Source: Halocafeteria seosinensis | Taxonomy: Eukaryota | Direction of reading: 5' to 3' | DNA: 24,806 nucleotides | Assembly (NCBI GenBank): GCA_001687465.1 | Contig: LVLI01000256.1 | Span: 62,001 to 86,806, forward strand | Part shown: one piece after another, positions 1 through 9,447 of the stretch | How positions within the stretch are numbered: the first letter of the stretch is position 1 | Layout of the letters: each line of letters opens with the position of its first letter | Made by a program: the position numbers and the translations under genes | The notes under the pieces: model-generated | The model's database searches: none | Told to the model about the DNA's origin: nothing | Seen by the model: only the letters and a program-made list of their open reading frames with translations

Positions 1-2
1 CA

Positions 3-347
3 GACCTTCCCGCCGAGGACAGACTGTACCTGAAAAAGTTAGACAATGGACTTGATATGCTTCAGCGTATCGATGCAATGATAGCACATCTGTGCATAGG
101 TACAGGAGGTGATTCTCGAATCCGCGACCGACTTTGGTCGAAACTCTACAAGCAAGGAAGTTCTCTGGCTTCGGTTGCTACTACTCTCCAAGAGCATGCA
201 CAGCATATAGGCCGGAGTACCGAGGAAAACCGTGACCAACAGGATAGTGGATCTAACACCCAAAGGGCTAGATTGGAACGCGTGGTCCACGATCTTATTG
301 GATTTTCTGCGGGGGAGCAGCAAGACAGCTCACAAAATGGACAGTAA
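3..347 (+). CDS. CTNNBL1: Beta-catenin-like protein 1 (CTNNBL1) homolog, 3' end only
   Basis: The frame is open from position 3 to TAA 345-347: DLPAEDRLYLKKLDNGLDMLQRIDAMIAHLC...RIRDRLWSKLYKQGSSLASVATTLQEHAQHIG. This matches the CTNNBL1 C-terminal pattern as I recall it (FYLRRLDAGLF.LQ.I....IRQRV..IL..RGSS...VR.II.EYAENIG). Confidence 0.75.
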   Translation, partial: DLPAEDRLYLKKLDNGLDMLQRIDAMIAHLCIGTGGDSRIRDRLWSKLYKQGSSLASVATTLQEHAQHIGRSTEENRDQQDSGSNTQRARLERVVHDLIGFSAGEQQDSSQNGQ

Positions 348-770
348 GAATTCATGACAGATTTTAGTATTTGCCCCTTTGCCGCACAATTTGCTGCCAC
401 TCTCAAATTACTTCCACGGACTGAGATCAACCCGATTTCTAGATTGCTTCCACTGCGAGCTTCTCACGTTGCCAAGGTTGTGTCTTCACAAACACCCTCT
501 CAGGTATCTTCACAACCATCTCTATCGTGTTGTACAGAGTGAATACAGGCGTAGTTTCCTGCATACGCGAGTCTAAGGACATGGTTTGATGTGGTATGAA
601 AGCATCAAGCTGTAGCTTGTCCGATTATCCGTCATTCAAGGGCAGCAGAAGTGATTCTGTAGAACACCCACGCGTTTTGGGGTATGCATATTGGCATTTA
701 CAGGCTATTTTCTGGGAATCTAAGGCGTCAAGTGAGGTTAGTCCCTTCGAACAAATTACATTTCTCGAGA

Positions 771-1781
771 ATGAGCTCCTCGAAACCGTATAACACGGAA
801 GCGCCGTCGGACCCGGTGGAGAAATCCAAGTTTCTGGCAGCACGCCAGGCGTTTGACGATTATGTGGTCAAGGATGGAATGAAAATTGGGATAGGGAGTG
901 GTTCCACCATCGTACACGGAATTCATCGCTTGGCGCAAATGTACCATGAGGATGGAAAAGATGTCGTTTGCGTGCCGACTTCCTTTCAATCTCGTCAGGT
1001 AAGTGAGGGTTGTGGGATTCCTCCTTCCTTGTTTGGAACAAGCAACCTGGAATGTTTATGGTTGCAGCTCATTACTGAAGTGGGTCTGCCACTTTCGGAT
1101 CTATCCCAATGTCCACAACTTGATGTAGCTTTTGACGGAGCTGATGAATGTGATAGAAGCCTGAACTGCATTAAAGGTACGCTAGGTTGAGAGGAAGATC
1201 CGAAACTGTTAGGATCATGGATTCTCTATGTGATTGCAGGAGGTGGTGGCTGCCACCTGCTGGAGAAATTGGTTGCATCATGTGCGCAGAAGTTTATTAT
1301 CATCGCCGATGATCGGAAGCAGAGTGAAATACTTGGGAGAAAATGGCGGAAAGGTGTGCCGATAGAGGTGAGTTCAGAGCAGTAAACTGGATAACAAATA
1401 AGTAAAGTACGAAGACCTGTGAAACAAGTTCTGCAGGTGGTGTCGGATGGTTACTATCCCATTACACAGAAGCTACAGAAAGAATTCAATGGAAAACCTG
1501 TACTGAGAATGGGTGGCTCCGCGAAGGCAGGGCCCGTTGTGACAGACAAAGGTAAGATGACTCATGCCCTTATGTGCTACTAAGCGAAATAGAAGATTCT
1601 TACATCTGCAGGCAATTTTATACTGGATACTGATTTTGGTGAAGTCCATGATCCCTCATCCCTTCACTTAAAGCTCATCCGAATCCCAGGTGTGGTCGAG
1701 ACGGGCTTCTTCTGCGACTTCGCCGAAAAGGCGTACTTCGGTAAGGAGGACGGCTCCGTCGAAGTATGGAACCGGCCATAA
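771..1781 (+). CDS. RPIA: Ribose-5-phosphate isomerase A, 5 exons (771-998, 1068-1176, 1240-1367, 1437-1551, 1612-1781), 249 aa
   Basis: After removing four GT-AG introns (69, 63, 69, 60 nt) these motifs join in frame: IGIGSGST, VPTSFQS, DVAFDGADE, IKGGGGCHLLEK, KAGPVVTDKGNFILD, IPGVVETG. Stop TAA 1779-1781. Confidence 0.95.
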
Positions 1782-1992
1782 GGAGGTATCAAGGAGGATG
1801 TCTGTTCACTTGAGCGTGTAATTATTGATGCATTTTCCGCAATGTAAAGTGTATTTGATCGCTATCCTAATTCACCGTTGTGTTCCAGTTGCGTGCTCGT
1901 TTGGGGTTGTAACCGTATCAGTGGTCACGCATAATTTTCATTTTCTTATTTTTCAGCCAATTCGACATTTCTGCCGTAATCTCTCCATTTCT

Positions 1993-2163
1993 CCACACTA
2001 TCAGTAGTCCACCTCAGTGTTCGTTATCCTCCACACCGACAATCAGTCGCTGAGTTCCAGTCTCCGGGGGGTCCACGTGTACAGGGGATGGGACGGTTTT
2101 GGTCCCCTGCCATAGGGGGTCGTATCCTCTCGTGCGCCCTCCTGGTCCATACGATAGTGCTGG
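1993..2163 (+). ncRNA. Candidate structured RNA element (closed multi-branch fold), family not recognised
   Basis: Closing stem 1993-2006/2150-2163. Arm 1: 2013-2017/2050-2054 plus hairpin 2037-2049. Arm 2: 2064-2071/2138-2145 and 2077-2082/2132-2137, enclosing hairpins 2083-2108 and 2114-2130. About nine G-U pairs and no A-C mismatches when read on the + strand. Confidence 0.5.
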
Positions 2164-2651
2164 CAGCAATGTTTGATAGTTAGGCTTGCAAGTACCAGTT
2201 TGTTGTGCCCCTCTGAGCACCGGGAAAATATCGACTGATTTGCGTGGTCGAAACAACGCCCTCACGTGTGGGAAAGCCCGTTATACCCTTGGAGGCGCCT
2301 CTAGACTTTGAAGGCTGAAACGACGATTACACACCCCCAGACAAGCGGATTTCGACATCAGAGTATGTTGTATAGTGTATCTAGTTGTGTGTAAACTACT
2401 CTCTGTGGTAAAAAAGTGTCGTATGTATGGAGTAAAATGGAGGTTTTATTGCCCCTCTTCTGTTGTACTCCAGACCCCTCTGACGTGGATATGGTAGTGC
2501 ATAAGGACGATCTATAGCCCCGATACGATGAATCTTATTTACTGAAGTCTGTCCTTTCATGCTAACGAGTAATTTTCAGGGATCGTGCTCTCATACTGGT
2601 AATTAGGGAACCCGTGTTCGCTGGGATCCCATTGCGTCAGAGCCAGCGGTC

Positions 2652-3974
2652 ATGGGGAGCAACAGAGTGAATGAACGCTTGGAGCAGGCGAAAGCAGAGG
2701 CTCAACAGTTAAAAGAAGCTATTGAAAAGAGGCAAGAACAGCTCCACGATGGAGACCTACAAAGCGCATCCGAGGAATGCAAAGTGGGAGAAATTGAACC
2801 TTACTTTGAAGAGAGAAAACGGCTGAGAGGCCACTCAAATAAAGTTTATGCGATGGATTGGGCTGGTGATGCTAGGCATATAGTCAGTGCGAGGTAAGTC
2901 AGGTCCACTCTGTGTTTCTTCTTCCTTGTTTTTAGGTATCTGGGCTTAGATAGTTGAAGTAGCTACTGACAGTCAGTTACTGATTCAACGTGTCTTTTGT
3001 ACGTCTGCAGCCAAGATGGAAAATTAATGATATGGGATGGACCACTGTCTGTGAAAACATCAGTGGTTCATTTACGGAGCTCGTGGGTCATGACTTGTGC
3101 CTTTGAGCAGGTAGAGGATCGCCTAGTGGCGTGTGGAGGCTTGGATAATGTTTGCAGTATATATTACCTCGATCCAGGAGTTACCTACATACAGAAGCCA
3201 ATAAAAGAGCTACAACATCACGATGGATACCTGTCGTGCTGTAGATTTGTCGATCCGCAAACGATGCTAACTAGTTCAGGTGACTCGACATGCATATTAT
3301 GGGACGTGGAGACAGCTAGCGTGAAGGAGCTCTTCTCCGACCACGCTGGCGACGTTATGTCCGTTAGTGTATGCCCTACAAATCCCCAATTATTTGTGTC
3401 AGGATCTTGCGATGCCACGGCAAAAGTCTGGGATACGCGCAGCGGAAGATGCGTGCAAACATTTGTAGGACATGAGTCAGACATTAATGCTGTCCGGTTT
3501 ATGCGAAACGGACTGTGCTTTGGCACGGCCTCGGATGATGCTAGTTGCAAATTGTTCGATATCCGAGCTTATACAGAACTCAATGACTTTTCTGATGATG
3601 GTAAGGACTTCTTTGATAAAAAGTCGCGGTGTTTCATTTGCTTCCTACTCGACTTGTTTGGTGTGGTACGCAGGAGTTGTATGCGGCATGTCGTGTTTGG
3701 ATTTCAGTAAAAGTGGCCGCTTTATAATAGCTGGCAATGACAATTGGGTGTGTAACATTTGGGATACCCTCCATTTTTCGGGATCGGCGATTTGCAGGAT
3801 AGAAGGTCACACTAATCGCGTTAGTTGTTTAGGAGTAGATAATGAAGGAGTTGCTATATGCACAGGGTCATGGGACACCACGCTGGCGGTATGTTTTTCT
3901 GGGTTCTAAGCAGTTTGAACCTGATATGTATGTGTCAAATTCTTCAAATGTATGCATTGCAGATTTACGCATAG
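2652..3974 (+). CDS. GNB1: Heterotrimeric G-protein beta subunit, canonical copy; exons 2652-2893, 3011-3600, 3674-3888, 3963-3974; 352 aa
   Basis: N-terminal coiled coil, then [119 protein letters not shown]. These are hallmark G-beta WD40 repeats. The symbol names the family, not a specific animal ortholog. Confidence 0.95.
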
Positions 3975-4330
3975 ACAAAGCAGGTAGTAGAGGATTTTTT
4001 AGCTAGTCTTCCGTACAGCCACAACTTGCATGTGTGTAGCCGAACAAGAGCCGCTACATTTTCTAGTGCAGCGAACTGAAGCATGAATATAGCACGTTAA
4101 TGATAATATTAGAATTTGCTGAACTCTTTGTTTACGCCACTGAAATTTCATTCTTCTGGCACCGTTACACTTCCCCCACTGTCTGTTCGGTCGCAACTTG
4201 TCACCTTCGGCCAGATTGCGCTTGGTTGGAAGTCATTTGTACATTGCTTTGAAGAGATTGTATCGTCATGCATAGTGCCTCGATTTTCGCGACTGTGAGC
4301 CGCAGTACGCAGAGATGAACATAGGCTCCC

Positions 4331-5603
4331 ATGTCCGCCACAGAATCCGTTCAGGAGCGCTTACAGACCGCTGAGGCGGAAGTTCGCAAGCTCAAGCAGA
4401 AGCTGGAGGAGCGAAAAGCCGGATTCGAGACAAAGCCGCCCCCGCTGGAACTATTCCACCGCCGTTCGGAGCGTAATTTGGATGTCGAACGTATGCAGAC
4501 ACTGCATGCGGACCCTCGCAAAGTGTACTCCATCGACTGGGCTGGTTCCTCGAGTATTTTACTAAGTATTGGGTGAGGAAGCGAGTTGCGTAACGGAACT
4601 GTATCTTTTAGCTGGTATCTTACGCAACATCTCTCTATTCTATGATGCGCAATGCAGACAAGCGGGTCAACTAATTGTCTGGAATGCCGCGAAAGCTCAA
4701 AAGCAAAGTCTAGTTCTTCAAAAGAATTATTGGACGTTAGCTTGTACATTTGAAAGCGACACCGATAGATTGATTGCAACGGGTGGCCTGAATAACTCTT
4801 GCTCGGTTTACGCATTTGACGCTAGAGCTCTGCGAATTCAAGAACCAGCAGTGCACGAATTCGTATATCACACTGGATATATTTCTAGCTGTTGCTTTTT
4901 GAGTGGTTCTTCGCTAGTAATAGGATCCGGTGACCAGCGTTGCTCCGTTTGGGATGTGGAAAAAGGCGAGAGGATGAACGCATTTCCAGGACATTCGGGA
5001 GATATTACTTCAGTGCATTCCTGTCCTGTAGATCCCAATGTTTTCGCCTCAGGATCATGCGATTCCACGGTGAAGATTTGGGATTGTCGCGCTGGCACGA
5101 ATGTGCTGACGTTTTCTTCGAGTGAGGCGGAACTCAACTCTGTTCGGTATATGAGAAACGGTTTCGTGATCGCCACAGGCGGAGAAGATGGAATTTGCAG
5201 CTTGATTGACATACGATCTTGCTCGAGAATCAACGAATTCGGTGGTGAGAGTAAGTGTTGGATAGCAGTCGTGCTGAGGTCTGCGACGTAACTCTTCGTT
5301 ACATGCACACCAGGTTCTTCGTCCGCAATTAAGTCTGTCGACTTTAGCAAGAGTGGAAGATTTGTTTTTGCTGGATACGATTCAAAAGAATGCGCCGTAA
5401 TGGACTGCTTTGACCCTGAATGGGCTCCCAAATACTATTTGATGGGACACACAGACTGTATTAGCGACGTCAAGGTCAACTCAGAAGGGACTGCTCTTGC
5501 GACAGCTTCATGGGACGGGACCATAATGGTGCGTTTTAGCAAATCTTTGAAACTGAATGGCTTCTACTCATTTTAGAGTCCGATTCCGCAGATTCACGCG
5601 TGA
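4331..5603 (+). CDS. Second, divergent G-protein beta subunit (tandem paralog); exons 4331-4572, 4658-5250, 5314-5528, 5592-5603; 353 aa
   Basis: Coiled-coil N-terminus, then [69 protein letters not shown]. Three introns sit at the same positions and phases as in the upstream copy. Ends IHA-TGA versus IYA-TAG. Confidence 0.9.
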
Positions 5604-6934
5604 AAAAAGGGGGATGTCGACCACTGCGAACAAACACTCTGACGGTACTTTCTGCCTCAAGTCTACTCCCTCGTAAGGGATTACATCTGGGACAATTTTA
5701 CTCAGGTCTGTCCAACTTGGTCCCTTCTCAATATGGCCGTATCTGCCGCAGGCCAAAGCAATGCTGCAGCTCCGCAGACTAAGTAGTGTACCTGCGGCCA
5801 TGTCAGCATCCGCTCGCATCGCATTTGCAGCTTGCTTCGCCATTTCCATTTTGTCAAATTGAGTGGATCGTATGGAAACATTATCTCTACTCTCCCTATC
5901 ACCGCACCTTCCTCGGTGATCAAATACTCTCCGATACATTATAGCTGCCTGCTCTTCTCCATCCCGGGCTTTTGTTGATACGGGGGCTTTCTCAGTAGTG
6001 AGTGACTGACTAGCCAAGACGGGTGCAGGATTCTTTCCGGGAGCTCTCACTCTCATCCTTCGATATGCGAGGACTCTTTGAAATGTCCATTCGGTTCTCG
6101 ACTTCAGTTGGATGTTCTCTTCCCGGAGATACAAGCATGTCGGAGTTTGTTCCTTTTGCAGGCGAAGTGCATTCACACATGTGTTGCAATTATACTTCGT
6201 TTCCTCTTCAGCCAGTGTTGTGTTCCCTCACGGCGCATGTCAGCAAGGCTGCAGGAACAGCGGGCCCGTCGCTGCTTTCACACGGGCGCATACCGCTCCT
6301 CGTTAAGAGGATGCGGTCAACTCCCCGGCCGGTGCAGTGACTGTCACATATGTGTGTGTCTTCAACATGGCTTTTGCGTTGCACACTGTGTGCACACTGT
6401 GCAGCACACATAGCCTTTCGGAAACACCTCCCCAATTAATCGAAGTGCACATTTTCTTTGTTCCTCTCTAGTGTTCTTACGCTCGTAAATGCGGTCTCTG
6501 TGCTCTGTGCTTAAGTGCTCAGCCAACCCCTTGCGATCTTGAACTTTAGTATTGCAATACCAACACTTGAAGAGAAGTGTGTCATCAGGAGGTACTCTGC
6601 TAACATCAGCGGTCGCGGTGTCATCAACAGACACATCGTCAACGCTTCCATCAGCCGCTATGACTCTATCAGTCGTCATGTCTCCAACAGCAACGTCGCT
6701 AACACCAAGCAAGTTGTCAGCAGTGTCAGATATGGCACCAACGTTGCTACAGGGATTATGTTTGGCACTGTTAGGTTGTAGTGTGCTCGGAGTGTAACCA
6801 GCTCGTCCGGGACGTGCTTTCATCCTAAGCCCCACCTACTCTTTAAACATGGTTGTAGGTGGAAGGGTAGAGGAGTGATGATCTTCTGCACCCCCATTGT
6901 GTGGCTCCGTCAAGAAAACTTCGGACACACGTGA
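5568..6934 (-). pseudogene. Degenerate C2H2 zinc-finger gene or transposon remnant
   Basis: C2H2 finger FKCWYCNTKVQDRKGLAEHLSTEH. An in-frame TAG at 6838-6836 interrupts a frame otherwise open from 6934. An 11-bp tandem duplication (6380-6401) frameshifts a second CxxC. Further Cys-rich fragments (LLTCAV.EH, YNCNTC) lie in shifted frames. Boundaries are uncertain. Confidence 0.45.
6380..6401. repeat. Perfect 11-bp tandem duplication (TGCACACTGTG)x2
   Basis: Directly visible: 6380-6390 is identical to 6391-6401. Confidence 0.9.
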
Positions 6935-7240
6935 CTGAAAATGGTTGTGAAAGCACGTGTCACCCATATCCAGGAATGGCTAATTTGCATTCGATGTACT
7001 CCAGGTTCCACCAACACAATTCTGTGGCAGAGACGCGCCCACAGTGGGTTCTTGTTGAATGATGAAGGTTTTCTTGTCCTGTAAAACACTGAATAGATGC
7101 GCCGAATCGCGTCTAGTGCATGCACCAGGAGAGTACAGAAACGGGCGGTATTTACGATACTTGCCAATAGGTCGATTCTTACTCTGTCACGTGATCACAC
7201 GTTTCTGGTCGCTAGCACCAAGACTAGGATAACGGAGAAT

Positions 7241-7277
7241 CAGTAGTACGGTTTGCTTATACCGTACTGTACTGTAC
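7241..7277. promoter_or_regulatory. Putative promoter element (CAGTAGT / ACCGTA / ACTGTACTGTA cluster)
   Basis: Lies about 70-100 nt upstream of ATG 7346. The same three words recur at 14199-14250 in another intergenic region. Confidence 0.35.
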
Positions 7278-7345
7278 GCCGAGTCAATTCGACAATCTGA
7301 AGTATATCCATACATCCGTATCCGGATATCGGTTTACGAGAAACT

Positions 7346-9091
7346 ATGGCCTCTAAGGGTGAGTGAGTGAGTTAGGACTTGGCTTGAAGTTGCTGTATAC
7401 AACCGGCGGTCAACCGCTTGCCTGAGTACAAGACGTCGTTGTCTCGATTCACCAGTCACTAACACAAGTTACCTGGATGTGTTGTTTATTTGGGATTGTT
7501 GGTCATAGCTCATGTATTCGATAGGTAGGAAAGTGGTATTGAATAGCACAACACTCTGTTGAGGCGGTGGAACTTGATAGTAGGTAGTGTATATAGAGGC
7601 GGTATTACGCCACCACGCGACATTGCGATGGTCACAGTTAGTAGGTAATCTTGTGCGTCAATTCTTCAGCAGGAAGGACCAAAATGGAGTTTTCTATCAT
7701 GCAATACAATGCGCTGGCACAGCGCTTGGTATCGAGCAAAATTCTCCCTTACGTCAAACCGAGGTATGGAGATCCAGCCATGAATTCTAGGCGACATGGA
7801 GTACCTATCTGAGGTTGCTGCTGCAGGCATGTTCTGAAGCTCAAACACAGGGCTGAGATGCTGAAAACAGAATTGAGTCGATGGAACACAGATATAATGT
7901 GCATCGTAGAGGCAGACTGCTTGGACCGCATCTACGGACCCTGGTTCCAAGAAAATGGGTGCGTCATTTGGATAGATGTCTGGAACGCTTCTGTCTTGGT
8001 TACTCCTCGGTGTACGCAGATACGATTTTTGCTACGCGACGCGACCGAATAAAACGGATTGCGCGTTAATAGCTTGGAAGAAGGACAAGTTCGAACTGGT
8101 CAGCGGGGCTTCACTATGTTTTGACGACTTAGCAGACGCGGTCCAACAGTATATGGAGAATGGCGGCGCCTCCCAATTCGACGGACAGCCGGAACATGAG
8201 GAGGACAGTGTGCAAGCGCATTTCTGTAAAAATAATGTGGCTGCAATGGTAGCATTGAGGGGTAAGGGTGACGATTCTGACAAGGGTCTCATTGTGGGTA
8301 GCACTCATCTATATTTCAATCCTGCCTTGGCCAACGTAAAATTGTCACAAGCTCAAATGTTGAAAGAAGCCCTGGGGTATTTTGGAAACAAGCACTCGTA
8401 CCCGGTGGTGTTATGCTCGGATCTGAATTCCCAGCCCACGGGTGTTGCTTATTCCGTTTTAACGTTTCCCGCCAACCCCGTATATTCGACTTCTCATAAA
8501 GTTTCAGCCGGGTGGGCTCGCCCATTATATTTCTTTGAGGACGAGAATACTGCGTATCCTGTTAACGAGTTCAATCCATCCAACGAAGACCGACAGAATT
8601 GGTTGGAGCATCTTCAGCAGTTACTACATGTGGGAACTGAGAAATCGCTTCTTGTTAGCCGAGATACGGCTGAGTGTTGGAACCATAGGGTGTTCGACGC
8701 AATGAAAGAAGCTAGTTCGGTGCGCGAGGTACCTTGGTCATTTACAAGTGCTTACAAGTTCGCTGCCGAGAACAATAAGTGGTTAGACTCTCCTGAAGGC
8801 TACGGGTCGAATGTAGATTCTACAACGCAGGAACCAGAGGCAACTACGTGGACCGCTGACTTTAGTGGATGCATTGACTATATATTTTTCAGGCAAGCAA
8901 GCCAATCTTCGTCTAGAGATGATCATTGCGAACACTATAGTCCGGTTTTGAAGTTGCTTGGCTGCCAACCACTGCCAACAAGGGACGAAGCATGTGCCGA
9001 TGCGGATTGTTTAGCACTTCCAAATGGTTCCCATCCTTCAGATCATTTGCCACTAGTAGCGAAATTTTCGCTGGAAAATAGTACAGAATAA
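7346..9091 (+). CDS. CCR4/Angel/PDE12-family endonuclease-exonuclease-phosphatase (EEP) protein; exons 7346-7358 (tentative), 7673-7763, 7827-7958, 8020-9091; ~435 aa
   Basis: FSIMQYNALAQ, DIMCIVEAD, VGSTHLYFNP, VVLCSDLNSQP, FSGCIDYIF, LPNGSHPSDHLPLVAKF; the catalytic N/E/H/D-x-N/D/SDH set is present. The first micro-exon is uncertain; an alternative start is ATG 7684. Confidence 0.85.
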
Positions 9092-9188
9092 TACAAACAC
9101 GAATGCCATCCCCTGGTACCTACTTCATTCATGAGCACGTTTAGCGTCGATGTCACCTACGTTGGAACTTGAAACATGTCCCTCCTTG

Positions 9189-9206
9189 ACACACACACAC
9201 ACACAC
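9189..9206. repeat. (AC)9 microsatellite
   Basis: Directly visible, and flanked by the direct repeat CTCCTTGA at 9182-9189 and 9206-9213. Confidence 0.9.
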
Positions 9207-9447
9207 TCCTTGAACTTGGAGGGCGCATCGCCCACAGACTCTCGCGTTCAAAATAGCCCCCTTCGAGGCAATTGATCGAAGTGGGATGTTTCACGATCTT
9301 GAAGTAGACAATGTACTATAGGTACCATCAAGTAGTATGCGAGTTAGTGCAACCGTGAATATGTATGAATACGGCAAAGACGAGAGCCTTTTGGAGGACC
9401 GTCTGAGGAACTAGGCATTTCGATGCAGAGCGTCTTTTTCCACCACC

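Noticed and set aside
354..542. Possible G-gamma subunit near the G-beta pair (small ORF ending CCTE)
   Set aside because: No coiled-coil or DPL/NPF-type G-gamma motifs, and not a typical CaaX box. No G-gamma candidate was found anywhere in the window.
771..1781. All four RPIA introns are multiples of 3
   Set aside because: A post-hoc pattern; introns in the other genes (73, 74, 85, 61, 83, 67, 71, 79, 58, 65 nt) do not follow it.
2014..2265. 83-aa - strand ORF
   Set aside because: GTG start and no recognisable motif; the interval is better explained by the + strand structure.
1993..2310. RNase P RNA on the - strand (words CCGGAGACTGGAAC, CTGAGGTG and GACTACT resemble human RPPH1)
   Set aside because: There is no proper CR-I (GGAAnnUC), the CR-V spacing is wrong, and the stems contain multiple A-C mismatches on the - strand; the fold favours the + strand.
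2568..2596. U3 snoRNA box A-like TTTCAGGGATC
   Set aside because: No continuation of box A and no B/C/D boxes; it reads as a branch point plus 3' splice site.
6836..6838. In-frame TAG as evidence of a reassigned genetic code or readthrough
   Set aside because: TAA, TAG and TGA all terminate well-conserved genes in this window, and the same locus also has frameshifts.
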